A stretch of DNA of 64,000 nt from Azolla caroliniana (Eukaryota > Plantae > Polypodiophyta): positions 14,508,001 through 14,572,000 of the forward strand of contig JBHGNT010000007.1 in NCBI GenBank assembly GCA_043228905.1. Reading direction: 5' to 3'. Below the pieces are notes generated by a model. It made no database searches. It was not told where the DNA came from and worked only from the letters and a program-made list of their open reading frames with translations. Shown in pieces: positions 49,191 to 62,523 of the stretch (position 1 is the stretch's first letter; every line of letters begins with the position of its first letter). The position numbers and the translations under genes were made by a program.

Positions 49191-52100
49191 TAGCATCCGG
49201 AACGGAGTTATGAAGTTCAGCAATGGGAGCCTAATGGTGGCCCAAGCCCGGAAGGTCAACACATTGTACTGGATGCATGCTCGGATATGCCAGGAAGAAG
49301 TGAATGTTGCATTCGACACTTCCGATGAGCTGTGGAAGAAGAGACTCTGTCATATGAGCCAGAAGGGGATGAAAAGACTTGCCGTAGACAATCTCATTCC
49401 GGTGAAGGACGTGCAACAATTGTCATGGCGGAAAGCTAAACCGAACCTCCTTCTGGTCAAGAACACCAATGAGACGGAGTGCATGACTGGAGCTAATGCA
49501 TACCAATGTGTATCAAGTGGACACGAAGTCACGTGCCGGATCGCAGTACTTCGTGACTTTCATACATGACCACATCGGGAAGCTGTGGGTCTGACCGTTG
49601 AAGACGAAGGATCATGTGTTATCCGTCTTCAAGGAACTCCACGTGAGAGTGGAAAGAGAAAATGGCCGGAAGCTGAAGGTGATTCGAGCAGATAACGAAG
49701 GAGAATACCGAGGGCAGTTCGAGGAGTACTACCGGTCGAAGGGAATCCGGCTCGAATTCACCGTGCCGAAAACGCCATAATTGAATAGGTTGGCCAAACG
49801 GATGAACTGGACCATGATGGAGACTGTCCGGAGCATGCTGGCACATGTACCCAAGACGTTTTGGGCTGAGGCGCTGATGACAACGACCTATGTGATAAAC
49901 AGATCACCCTTGAAAGGAGACTCACCGCGGAAAGTATGGACCGGTAAAGATATAATCTTACGGGCATCTAAAGGTGTTCGGTTGTCTCGCCTACGTGCAT
50001 GTGGCGAAGGACAAGAGAGCAAAGCTGGATTCGAAGTCTCAACCATGCATATTCCTTGGATACGGCGATGATGAGTTCGGTTATGGGGTGTGGGACCTGG
50101 TCGATAAGAAGGTGCTCGGAGTCGGGATATAGTCTTCATGGAAGACAGGACCATTGCCGACTAGGAGTGGGAGAAGAAGATTATGAATTCCAGATCAACC
50201 AATGAAAACCGGTTTGAGGACACAAGAACTTACCCGGTTGAAAACCAGATGTTAGCTGGTAACCGGATGACACTCGACGAACCGGCCGGATATGGACAAG
50301 AAACCAAACCGACCGAAGAGAAGAAGAAGACACCTGATACGGACAAGATCCCGAATCAGATTCGGATGAGAAACAAACAGAGGAACCGATAGTCTGAAAC
50401 CTGGGATGGAGATATCCTCTCTGAGAGAGAAGATCCCCTGGAGATTTCTGGATGCAGAGCAAGTGTTACTAACCGATGAAGGGGAGCCGGAAAGCTTCGA
50501 AGAAGCAAAGAGAGACATCCACAACCGTAAGTGGTTGAGTGCCATGCAGGATGAGATGGGTTTCCTACATGAGAACCACACAGATGAACTAACGGAGTTG
50601 CCAAAAGGAAAGAGGGCACTCCGGAACAAGTGGGTGTACAAGCTGAAACCGGGAGATGCCAAAAACCCATCGAGATACAAAGCCTAGATGGGTTTGTAGC
50701 AGAAAAAGGGAGTGGATTTCGATGAGATCTTTTCCCCGGTAGTGAAGATGACATCCATCTGGACGGTATTGGGGATAGCGGCAAGCATGGACCTCGAGGT
50801 AGAGCAGCTGGACGTCAAGACGACATTCCTACATGGCGACCTCGAAGAAGAGATCTACATGCATCAACTGGAAGGATTTGAGAAGAAAGGGACGGAGCAC
50901 CTGGTGTGTCGGCTGAAGAAGAGCTTATACGGATTGAAGCAAGCCCCCCGGCAATGGTAATGGAAGTTCGACTCCTTCATGACCGACCAAGGGTACCACA
51001 AAATGCAAGCCGATCACTGCGTGTTTGTGAAGAAATTTGACGAAGGAGATTAACTGATACTCCTCCTATATGTGGATGATATGTTGATCGTCGGACGAGA
51101 CCAAGGCAAAATTTGGATGTTGAAGAAGGCTCTAAACCGGACCTTCTCAATGAAAGACTTGGGTCTAGCAAAACAGATATTGGGAATGCACATCATCCGG
51201 GACCGGTCGAAGAAGCTTATGTAGCAGATATTGGGAGTGCCATCCACCTTGCAAAGAACGCGGCCTGCCATTCCCGGACGAAACATATCCAACGGAGGTA
51301 CCAACAAATACGAGAGAGAGTAGAAGATCAAGAGATCGTGCTGACGAAGATCCACACAGAGGAGAATGGGTCGGATATCTTGACCAAGGTGTTGACAACC
51401 GACAAGCTGGACTCCTGCCGAAAGCGGATCAGGCTGGCGAGACATCCCATGCCGTAGTGAAGGGGTAGATTGCTGGGAAATCAGACCTTCCTGATGGGAT
51501 CTGGTGATGAATCAAGAGGACCCGGTGAGAACCGGAAGAGGCCTGGAAACCGGATCGGATGGACCCAGTGAGAACCAGAAGAGATCCGGAAACCGGATCG
51601 GATGTACCTGGTGAGAACCGGAAGAAAAGACATATTTGTAAATATGTTTTGAGTAAGCCTATTGAGGCTATATTTGTAAATACCCTTAAGTTCGTATAAA
51701 TATAAATATGACTTAGGGCAATCACTATGTGTGTCATTGTGGTTGTCATAGTGTTGTATGTGTCCATAACTGCTGTATAGAGAGAGAGCGAGAGAGTAGC
51801 TACGAGCACTTTCTGTTGTAATCACTGTCTGGCAAAGATCGCGAGCACGAGGTCGTTGCCTCTATGTTTTCACTTTGTATTTCCTCTCATATAATGATAG
51901 TTTGGAGTCTGTGGACTCCCATGGTTTTTCCCTATTAGGGTTTTCCATGTAAACATCTTGTGTACTCTCTATTGTTCGTGTGTGTAAGTGCATTCACTCC
52001 CTACTTCCCATTTTTGTGTATGATTCTCATTGAAGTGATTCTAGACTCGGTTGTGGCCAAGCAATATTCCGCGTTGTTACTCATCATTTTCAAGAGAAGG

Positions 52101-55100
52101 GAAATGACGAGATATGGCCCAACAAGCCGTCGAGCGAGTCGGCTATTTCAATGGTGCAAAAGTCCAATATTTTCTAAAGGTCTACAATGCCCAGATGGAT
52201 TCGAGAGGTGTGAACGAAGATATGAGGTTGGAGTACTTTTGTCAGGTGGTGGCTGATCTACAAAGAGGTGAAAGAGCTTCAAGAAACTCACGACTCAGGG
52301 TGTCCTTCGAGGAAGCTCTATTGGAGGCATACGGATACAAGAAACCGAAGGGATGAGGTCTGTGCGAGTTCGACCAATGGCAATCATCAATGAAGACCCA
52401 CCAAAGTGTCATGCATACGTTCTTAGAGTTTGAGCATTGTTTTGCTCAACTCTCAATGTGGGAACAAAGATTGGTAGGGGTGGATAAGGTCTTGATGTTC
52501 GTGAAGTCGATCGATCGAAGGGAAAGGATGGTCATCAGACTCAAACTTGAAGAATATTATGGTGCAAATTGCCTCACCGAGGATTGGACGAAAGTGGAAA
52601 GAGTATGTTGACTACACGATAAGAGGAAGACAAGACAACCCACGTGGGATGGTGAAAGGAGGACGGCATGCGACTACAAACTACCACCTAAAGAAAAGAG
52701 CTTGAAGAGGGAAGGTTTGACAGTACTCTACATAGAGACCTTCGCACTCCCCTCTCAAAGGAGGCATATGAGATTTTAAAGGTGCAAGTCGAGGCCAAAG
52801 AGAATCTTATAATGGAGCCAAAACCGAGTCAAATGGTGATCAAGGAAGAAGAGGCCTCCCAACAAAGGTGGTGTAATGATACGGCCAATACGAAGGGCCA
52901 GGTTCGGTACGACAAGACCACGGGAGAAGGTGTGAACCAACCCACCTTCTCGACTTATGGAGGAACGACAGTCAAGAGAAAGACCGAAGACTCGAGAGCA
53001 GGAAATGTTACTTTAAGAGTGGACGAGCATTTCGGAACACACGTTGTTTCTGAAATATTGAGTGATGAAGGTGCAAGCAGGAGCAAAGTTTGCGTGATCG
53101 AAGGAGATAAAGAGCGTGAGGCCAATGTGATTGAGGCGGTAGCAAACGCGAATAACAATGTTGAGGGAAAGATGGCTATGGATGAGAAGACGGTGACTAA
53201 TGGTGCCGAGGTTCTCCCCACAATTGTTCCTGAGACTTCGGCAGTTGTGCCCGACTGCCAACGTGAGATCGGAGAGACGGAAGGTGGCAGTAGGAAATCG
53301 AAGGACCGAAACATCGATGAGGACGAGGAGGATGACCATAGACGAAGGGATCCCTCCACACCGGTTCCGAAAACTTCGGTAGTTGTGCTCGAGAGCCAAC
53401 ATAAGACCAGAGAGATGGAAGGTGGAAGCGAGGAGATGAGGGTCGAAGCTAGCACATACGGAGGAACGGTGACCAACAAGGAGGCCAAAAACAAAGCTAC
53501 AATAAACACGTTCGCGTTCACAAGTGGAAGGATCGTGCATTCCACTTGTAGAATCTTCTTGAAACTATCCAAATATACCCTCTCTACAAAAATTGGATGC
53601 ACTAGTATCACATGTTCCACAACTTGATTAGAATTTGCAAATATAAAAATACATGATAGGTCTACGAGTGGAGATCATTAGAAATTCAAATAAGTTTGGA
53701 TGTGTTCATAAGTTAATGTAGGCATAATAAAGTTCAACAATGGCTCAATATGTCACTAATGTGCGACATGGGAAACACTAAGTTAAAGACTTATATTAAT
53801 TTGGTAAGTTTTACAAAAATATGAGGTGTACTTGTAACCATACTAATAAAATGAGTTATAATTTATACTTTGACCCATACTCGCATGTATATAATTGTGG
53901 ACAACGTAGGATAGTGCACTTTAGGATAATGTGATTGGAATAACTAACTTATTAAGGTATTTAATACTTGTATTTAAAGTTGATCTAATCTATTCCTCAG
54001 TTTGTTCGTATGGGATCAAACCTAATGTCTATAATTGTGGACAATGTAAGACAGTGAACTTTAGGATAATTTGGTTGAAATAACAAACCTATTAAGGCAT
54101 TTATACTTGTATTTAAAATTTATCTAATCTATTCCTTAGGTGATTCACACGAGATCAAACTCCGAACGAAAACGCTAGTGGAACTACAAGTGTATAAAAA
54201 CATGCGGATAATGCTAGTGGAACCATTATCAACACACTACACAATCTAAGCAGCAATGGAAGAGAAACATAATAGTTTTAACAATAGAAGACAAAGATCT
54301 AGAATAACAACATGGACAGTCATAGCAACAGTTCTACGACCATGTTATGTTAAGGTAAAGTTTGACCAAAATCAACCTCAATTTAAACTAATTCTTGTTT
54401 CTCCATAAATTTGGTAGTCAACAATGTACGCGGTGAAACCAATGTCATAAGTCTAGTCACCAAGTATATAAAAATAAAATTGAAACATATAGAAGATTAT
54501 AAAGAATAGAATCCACCAAGTAAAACCCAAAATTTGTATTAATAATGTGAATTCCAAACAATACATTTCGCGTTTTAAAAAGAGTCTATTACATAGCAAG
54601 CAAATCGTCAATGTCATTTTCTTCGTCATCCTGTATAGAACTCTCTTCGGCTATACGTGCATTGGCTTCCCCTGTTAGCCAAGCCAACGAAATATCTTCT
54701 ATAAGCTCATCATCAAGCTCTATTAGCTCCCTTGGTTCCCCGGCTAACGGAAGAATAGGCTCTCGTGAAGCAGGTTGAAACCTTTCGGTATCAGCGAGGT
54801 TCTTTGCACCGACCTTCTCGTCCTGGTCTGGCCACTCCCACAAAGCCTTAATTCTCATGTTTATAAATATAACTTGCTCCTCGTCCTTCTCCAATGCCAC
54901 TGTGTTTCGAAAGAGCTTCAACGCATATGCAGACGTTGTCCCTGTGAAGAAAGTAAAAAGAAGAATTAGTTCTCAAACAAAAAAGATTCAATATTGGTTA
55001 TCTCAACATCGTTAACCTAGTTCGAGGAATACCTGTGCCAGAAAAGGGGTCTAATATCCAATTTCCTTCTATAGAAAACATCTCGATCAAGCGCATCATA

Positions 55101-57606
55101 AGTCGTTGAGGTTTTTGGTATGGATTGACAAGTCCTCGTTCTGTCGTGGGGACATGTCGCAATTTCCGTGTCACTCTTGGATATACCAGCAAATTTGAAC
55201 CTCCCACTTCATTAGAATGTTGCTTGATTCTTTATTTCTTAATTTCATCGAAGTAGCCAACCGTAATGTATTCAATAGCATTTACGAACCGAAAGGTTCG
55301 CCCACTATTTACATTGGTTTTTATCCTATAACAAATATTACATTGAGTTAAGAATAGATTGAACAATCTTAAGAAAGGAAATATAGTGAATGAGACATAT
55401 AAATAATCCTTACCATGCAAGGTTCTCGATGCCATGGTGATGAGATTTCAAAGCTTGAACTACCGAGTACCCTTGATCCATACTATGAAAGACAACTATT
55501 CTCCACAAGGATGCAGTCATTAGCTCAGCAAAATCCTTGACCATCTTCTCTAACTGTTTAAACCTAAACGGTTCATCGTCGTATGATGACCCTGCCATTC
55601 GAAATCCGTATGGAATATCCGCAATCATTAGCGTATATTCCTTCTTTGGCACTTTTTGGATCATGTCAACGACATCGCCGCAAACCATGTTGTAGTAAAG
55701 ATCTCTCGTAATATCCTTTTTGTGGCTAAATTTTTTGAAGGAGCCATCTTATTCAATTTCGTACGCCTTGACTAAGCGATGATCCTTTTCTTTTCTAGCT
55801 CTCTCGAGATGTGCAAGGAAGGATTGCGGGAAATTGTGTATATCCTTAAATTCTCCTTGTTTCTTGCCACGACACGGTTTATAATAGAAGCAATAAGACA
55901 TCAAGTATTATTACACAACCTCTACATATGAGGAAAGCTTAATGAAAAGCAACCAATACTAACCCAATCCTTGAATGCAATAAAATAGTCGGATAACGCC
56001 TTATATGAAGACGTTAGAGGATAATCCTCGGTCACTTGTTCCCAAGTCATACATCCAAGTTGTTTCATCATAACTTCTTGGATCTTCATGTACACCTTAT
56101 GACTGTGAAATTAGAAAACAAGATTAGAACTTTCAATTGCACCATATTGAATTCAATATCACTATTTGAAATACTTATTAAACTCAGTGACCATTTCTTC
56201 AAGGCTTAAATCTTTCGTCACAACCCTTGACAAAACAGACACAAGAAGCTGCTCATCCTTAATACCTTGCATCGCTCTCTACAGAGACAACTTCATGTCG
56301 TCAGCCGCTCTTCAATTGTCAAATCAATTTTCTTGGCCGCTTGTGACTTTAATTCTAGTTGAGGGTCTACCTTACATTTCTTTTGTCGTTGACCCTTGAC
56401 CTCCTTATTCTCCCACATTGAGAAGATTTGATCTTGTAGGTCCCAAACTTCTCCATCTCTAAAGGCAAGTTGAAACCAGGACTCATATTTTCGAAGACCA
56501 TCGGACTTAACATTATCATCCACCACAATGTCGACTTCACGCAGGCATTGAGGTCGTACGCCTGGATGTAGCTTCACACCGAACTTTTGTTTGACGTCCA
56601 AATACTCTTAGTGGAAGAACCTTATATGCTCAATCGATGACATTTTCTGCCTATAGTCATTATCGTTATTGTGGTCCCATGCCAACAACTTTGCCTCTTC
56701 AGTTGTAAGGCCCACGTAAATTTTGCACTCGGCATACTTGAAGAAGAAAGTCGTTGGATGTTCTCTCACAAGTTGCCGACATGCCTCTGCCAAATGCGAT
56801 CCACCAATTACAAAGTAATTGTATTGATCATGCTTTCTTAGGTCGAAATCTTCAATGGTTTCACATTCTTCGGGATCTACCATAACAATAAAAGGCAGAA
56901 CGGTAGCATGTGGATTAATTTACATTTTTTTCTTGAGATTTTGAACATGCATTCGGTGTGGCTCTCTGATCTCAAGTGGTCTTTGTCCTGTTTTTTCATC
57001 AATTGGAGAGCCCTATATCCGGAGCTTTATCTTCTTCACAGGTCGGTCTGACAAGTTCTCAAACGACCTATATAAGAAAGGACATGCAAAAACATAAGTT
57101 AGGTGGTCACGTAGATTAAGGTTGTATATTAAAATATACATAATTAGACGAAGACTAAAACTAGCAGACGATTTGTGGTAAACTATAAATATCAATCATG
57201 TATTGAGTGAACATGATAGTCCTTTATTCAGAAATTCATTCTAGGAAGGGCTATTCAACTTTGAAAATTATATATCTTAATAAGTATACAAGGATATATA
57301 TCATCTTGAAGGGTAGGTATGGCTTATATTGATTCCATATCCTTATTGTAGAGAATTTGCATATGACAGACTTAAATTTGGTATCATAAAGGTAATTCGT
57401 GGGTTATTTTCTATTATTTTAAGCTATAATAGGTCATAAAACCTTTTTAAGCAAGGTCCCTAGTTGTTACAAAATATGGCAAATGTCACTAAAAAAGTCT
57501 GACTTTGACAGAAAATTTGGTATCTTCTCACACATATACTAAATTGTTCCCCCAAAGACACAATATTCCAGTTTAAATTTTGTGTTTATACAGTCACTCG
57601 ATACAT

Positions 57607-58484
57607 TTTCGTAGTGTAATTCGCACACTACGTGAAAAATTACATTTTGGTTTCTCCGGATAGGATATGGAGTACCCAGTGAGAACCGGAAGGAAGAACT
57701 GGTGAGGACCGAAACCAGTAAGGAGACCGGCAAGAGCCAGATGAAGGCCGGTGAGAGTCGGTGAGAAATGGACGAAGAGGACCGGTAAGAAGGATACGGT
57801 AAGAACCGGATAAAGAAAACCGGATGAAGCAGAACCGGCAAGAGCCGGATGAAGAAGGCCGATGAGAGTCTCTCACCAGATGAAGAGACATATTTGTAAA
57901 TAGAAGAAAGTATAAAATTATATATTACATGCATAGGGCAAGAATCGAACCTTGCACCTCCATGTTCATAATGTTAAGCCTTATCATTATACATGCGTAT
58001 TATGAATTTTAAAGTTATACTAAACTTTATCCCATGTAAAATTTCTAGACATGCATCGTACAAAAAGTTATTCATGCATAGACACTTGAGTTAAAAGAAA
58101 AGATGAGACAGAAAGCTAATCATGCACATGCAGTGTGCATGAAAACTAAAAATAGGAAAAGCATGATGCTTGCATGTGATAAACTTAGACTCTTCCAACA
58201 CTATATAAGGAAGAGAGAAAGATGTATAGAGGTTGTTGATTATTTTACAAGGGTTGATTAATATAATATAATTGTGGGATCTACAAGTTTGCTAACTATT
58301 TTTCTCTCTTAATTTGAGTACTCACTAATACACTATACCCGTGGGATTCACGAGTTTTTCATATCTTTCTTTCTTACAATATATTTCATATTCTTAATTG
58401 CCTTAGAATTTTCTTTCTCCTAGTCCAAAACCCCAACGATTCCCACCCGACTCACGCAACGATCCGGAGCCGCAAGGCACGACA
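57607..58484 (+). mobile_element. Solo LTR inserted into a palindrome of the copy B array
   Basis: Ends (T)TTCGT...CACGACA like G2, degenerate 4-bp TSD ACAT/ACGC, TATA at about 58202, and flanks that rejoin as ACTCGAT-ACGC-CATATCGAGTTC. Confidence 0.7.
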
Positions 58485-58744
58485 ACGCCATATCGAGTTC
58501 CTGTATAAAGTTAGTGTTTATACAGGAACTCGATACAAGGTATCAAGTTACACATACTTTACACAAGAACTCGATACGACGTATCGAGTTCCTGTGCAAA
58601 ACATAAACTTTAAACAGGAACCCGATATGGAGTATCGAGTTCCTTTATAAAACACATACTTTACACAGGAACTCGATACGGCGTATCAAGTTCCTGTTGA
58701 AAATGCAAACTTTATACAAGAACTCGATGCTGCGTATCGAGTTC
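58485..58744. repeat. Palindrome array of copy B (5 whole units plus 1 interrupted)
   Basis: Units at 58526, 58567, 58618, 58669 and 58720; the 51-bp period is retained for the last four. Confidence 0.9.
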
Positions 58745-59342
58745 CTATTTGAGTTCCTCAGTGCTAAAACATATTTACAAAAATGTCTAGAGTGTGAGAC
58801 GCTTACTTGGAGTCTTGGCGCTCAATTTTCTTTGAAGACATGGTGGACGTTGTCGATGCTTATGGGGAGATCTCAGTTGGGTGCTTTGTGCTTTGTGTGC
58901 TTCGTGTGATTGAAATATGAGGAGGTTTTCCTATTTATAGGGATTGACCATAGTGGTTAAAGTAACCACAGTCATTTTAACCAGGGTTGGCAACCTTAAG
59001 GTTAGTTAGTTAGTAACTAGAGTCACTTAAAAAAAGTTACTTTATTTCGTACCTAATCATGAGTGTACCAATCACTCTCTAATGTAATTATATTATACTT
59101 GATTTAACTTTATACAGACTAGTTTAAGTAATAATTAATATGTTGAATACAATTATTATATTAAAAATAATATCTTTATTTATTGTATTAATATAATATT
59201 AAATAATATAGACATTATATTGAGGGAGATTCTGTTTAAAGAGGAGTTTATATTTAGAGAGGAGTATATGTTTAGAGAGGAGCTTATCAGTTTATGTAAG
59301 CCTAAGCACATAACTTAAAGAGCTTTGTGTGGACCTTAAGCT

Positions 59343-60767
59343 ATGAGTGAAGACTCACCGTTCTTGATTGAAGAATATTGTTTGTCATCAGACTCTTCGT
59401 TTTCTATCGAAGAGTATTGTCTGTCAACAAACTCACCATTTTCTATCGAAGAATATTGTCTGTTCATAGACTCACCATTTTCTATCGAAGTCAATTTTCT
59501 TTTGGTTGGCCACACACATGATCATATAGGTCAAACGTTTAGCACATTCTCTAGACAGTTGTCTCGGCATGATGCTTTCACATTACCTAAACTATTTGAT
59601 GTCATTTGTGATGCATATACACCACGCCCAAAAGTGTTACACTTGAAGGAGCTATATGACTTTAAGAGATATATATCAAATGGGGGTGTTGGGAATGTTA
59701 AAGTGCTTGCCAAGTTAAACAATATAAGCTTCAATCACATTTTCATGATAAAGAAAAATGAAATAAGTGGTTCTACGCTTTTGTATGCGAAACAATATTC
59801 ATCTTCTACAACATGGGAACTTGAAGGTGGTTGCTAGTTATTACTTTGTATGCCGAGTACAATTGTCCATGGAGCTAAACAAATGCCAATTGAGAAGAAA
59901 GGACAGTTGCATAGTGACTTGGTATCAGAACAAAAACGGTTATGGCTCCAAGCCTTAGAAGAAAAAAGAAAGCATATTGAGGCCGCCAAAAAATATGCCT
60001 CACAACAAGACATGTCATGGTGGGATGTATTTTTTAGTGATCAGAAAGGAATTATAGACAATTGTGTATTTGGTGATAATTGGAATTTGGAAACGTCATT
60101 CACATGGTCGCTACAACATGATCGTGGAAATAAAACTCCGGAGCAACCAGCAAATGTGATTAATGACAATTTGATCCATCTACAACAAAGAGACATTTAT
60201 GTGGGACCAAGGATGAGCAAAGCAACCGAAGCTAGATGGCAAGGCAATTTGCAAGAGCTCGTGGTGGGTATGTTGATTGCAACGCTGGCTGATGAGAACT
60301 CACATGGCCACCAATTTTGGGTTGGTAAAATTCTAGAAGTGCTAATGCATGAAATAGAAAACACGATCAAGTCTATAAACATTCATTGGTACAACATTAG
60401 AAGTGCAAATGCTTTTACAGGTAAGTATACATTGGAGATGATTGAATGCCCAACAACAAGGGGAGGTAGGAAGAGGAAGCGAAACATTCGTAACACCTCG
60501 CCCCTTGATATCTCTGATGTGGATATCATCGTGTACGACTTCACGCTTACAAAAGTTGGACGATTAAGGAAGTCAACAATAGATATAATAAAAGAAAAAT
60601 TACCAGGTCTACAAGCTGGCTCGAGTCGAAGGCAAACGAGATCTGCTACATATAATCTAGAGTCAAACCATTTGGTTTATGACGAAGATAATGCACTGAT
60701 TGGTACATCCGAGGATGACGAGGATGAATCGTCATTGTATATTAGTTATAGTAGTGATTCTCGGTAA
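59343..60767 (+). pseudogene. Sola-type transposase, copy B; ~1356-bp in-frame deletion of the core
   Basis: N-terminal repeats are fused directly to VNFLLVGHTHDH at about 59490; TAG at 59835-59837; the C-terminus closely matches copy A. Confidence 0.88.
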
Positions 60768-62148
60768 AGGAGTGATCATGAATGTATTTTTGGCTATTAA
60801 GTGTAACTACATTCCGCTTGTAACAAATCAAGTAATATAAAAGCATGTGTTTTGAATTCTTATGATTTCTAAAAAATTGTTTCTTATAAAATAACATTGG
60901 TTCTAAAGTTTGTGATATAAATTGAGAATGTAAATTTTTGAAATTCCTCTTTTTTTATTTACTTCTATATCACGAAAATAGTGGATTTTTAACCTTTTTC
61001 ATAGTATATTTGAACATGTATGATACTGGTATCAATGTGTTTTGTAAAATCATTGAAAAAGCCCTAAAATAAACCAAAATATTCGGGCTATCCTTCCATT
61101 TATGCGCAATCCTTCCACTTGTGAACGCGAATGTGTTAATAGAGTTCGATGAAAAGCCAGAGAGCGACAAGAAAGGAAGAACCGGAAGTCAATCCAGATG
61201 GAAGATGACGCGGTTGGTATTCCGACCCGAACGGAAGCCGACCCGATGAGAGCTGATCAACTAGGCCCGACCCAACCGAAACCCAATCCGGCCAAACCCA
61301 ATGGATAGACCCGATCTAGAAGGGAGTAGGCTCGCTTGAAGCCAATCATCTGAGTCTGATTTGGCCAAAGGAAAATCTGAACGAAGGTCGAACAACCTAG
61401 AAGTTGATTGGTCTAGACTGATCCAGACAGATAAGCTACAACACCCAGTCGAGGCTCGTGAGCATGAGGAAAGGCAAGCATGAGATGAGAAAGGACGATC
61501 TGAGGAAGTTTGATGATCAAGGAGATGGTCGGGATGAAGGCGGCACATGTACAATACATGAAGGGTTATGCTTAGGAGGGGCGGAGGGGGTCAATAGGTG
61601 ATATCACCGTCATCATCACCATCAATATAAAATTCTTCTTATAAATATACTTCTTATTGTTCTTCTTCGTTTACCTTCGATCAATATGATTATACTTCTA
61701 ATTGTTCTTCTTATAATCGTCAATCTTTCGATCTTTTCAAATGTGACATTGGTTTCCTCGACTCCTATCCACATCATCATCTTTTCGACAAGTTCGCGAC
61801 CGTCCTCGTCAATCCTAGACCCCAGTGGTCCCACTCAAGCGAAACATAGCCAAATGCGTGTGAACGCGAGTGTGCACAAATGGACCCCCTTTTATACTAA
61901 CATGTGTAAATACTAAGTAATGATAGGGTTTTGGTGATTACTAGGAAACTAGGCTTTAATAGGCACTTTAATATCACATAGGTGGAGGAGAAAATCAAGA
62001 AGATCATCAAGGAGGATAACGAAAGGTCATGAAAACCCGATGTAACGGTCATCCCTTCTGATATAAATGGGGCAGCCCCAAACAGTTTTAGGGATCCAGG
62101 TTCTAGGAGAAGGAAACTATGTCATTCAGAGTACCGAAGCTCTCTCTC

Positions 62149-62182
<34 letters not shown>

Positions 62183-62523
62183 GTTGCGGCCATTGGGTGT
62201 AACGGCTCTCTCTGTCGTTGTTGTTGCCGTTGCCGTCGTCTACAACCACTATCTATTGCCCGTCTGCCATCGTGGTCTTCGTCTACCGTCATTGGTTCTT
62301 GGCCATTGTCATCTCCGTTGCCACCGCTATCGTGTGTAGTCGTTGACATTGTCGTCGTTGTCGGTTGTCGCTATCACCTACGATTCTGACGACGTCATCG
62401 GTTGAGTAAACGAGAGAGCATACATGTGCTTCTACACTCGTACCTAGCACGTAAGGCATCGATGCTCGGCTAAGTTTTTCTGTCCTTTTTGTCTTTTCTT
62501 TCTTCTATCTTTTGAATTACAAC

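Larger units (their letters stand above)
34891..52086 (+). mobile_element. Ty1/Copia Tork-like element T3 hosting nested Gypsy elements
   Basis: LTRs 34891-35389 and 51471-52086, PBS 35393-35404, PPT about 51458-51469 and perfect TSD TTTTC. gag runs from 35419; decayed pol spans 48618-51457. Confidence 0.9.
54589..58841 (-). pseudogene. ParB-like/methyltransferase fusion gene, copy B
   Basis: Exon 1 MSSKKIERQDS at 58841 with the same splice sites as A, ADIPYG and LDPFSGTG|TTS motifs, a 744-bp in-frame deletion in exon 2, several stops and a frameshift. Confidence 0.85.
53505..61137. mobile_element. Sola-like DNA transposon, copy B (inverted relative to A, internally deleted)
   Basis: TIRs 53505-53540 and 61102-61137, perfect 4-bp TSD AATA (53501-53504, 61138-61141) and collinear homology to copy A. 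Confidence 0.93.
16110..61850 (+). mobile_element. Old decayed Gypsy-like host element (G3) fragmented by three large insertions
   Basis: LTR-like text at 16150-16230 resumes at 34637-34793 (ending CTTCGCGACA), followed by a Trp-like PBS TGTTGAACCCAGCGTGA (34799-34815). gag-like sequence at 34830-34885 continues at 52092-53500 and 61142 onward. A second copy of the LTR text is at about 61585-61845. Outer boundaries are approximate. Confidence 0.55.

Noticed and set aside
52782-53627. 281-aa ORF as a host gene
   Set aside because: Low-complexity G3 gag-region sequence reading through the TIR of copy B; chimeric.
61859-61875. Third TIR-like motif TGTGAACGCGA
   Set aside because: Only an 11-bp match with no partner or TSD; likely chance.
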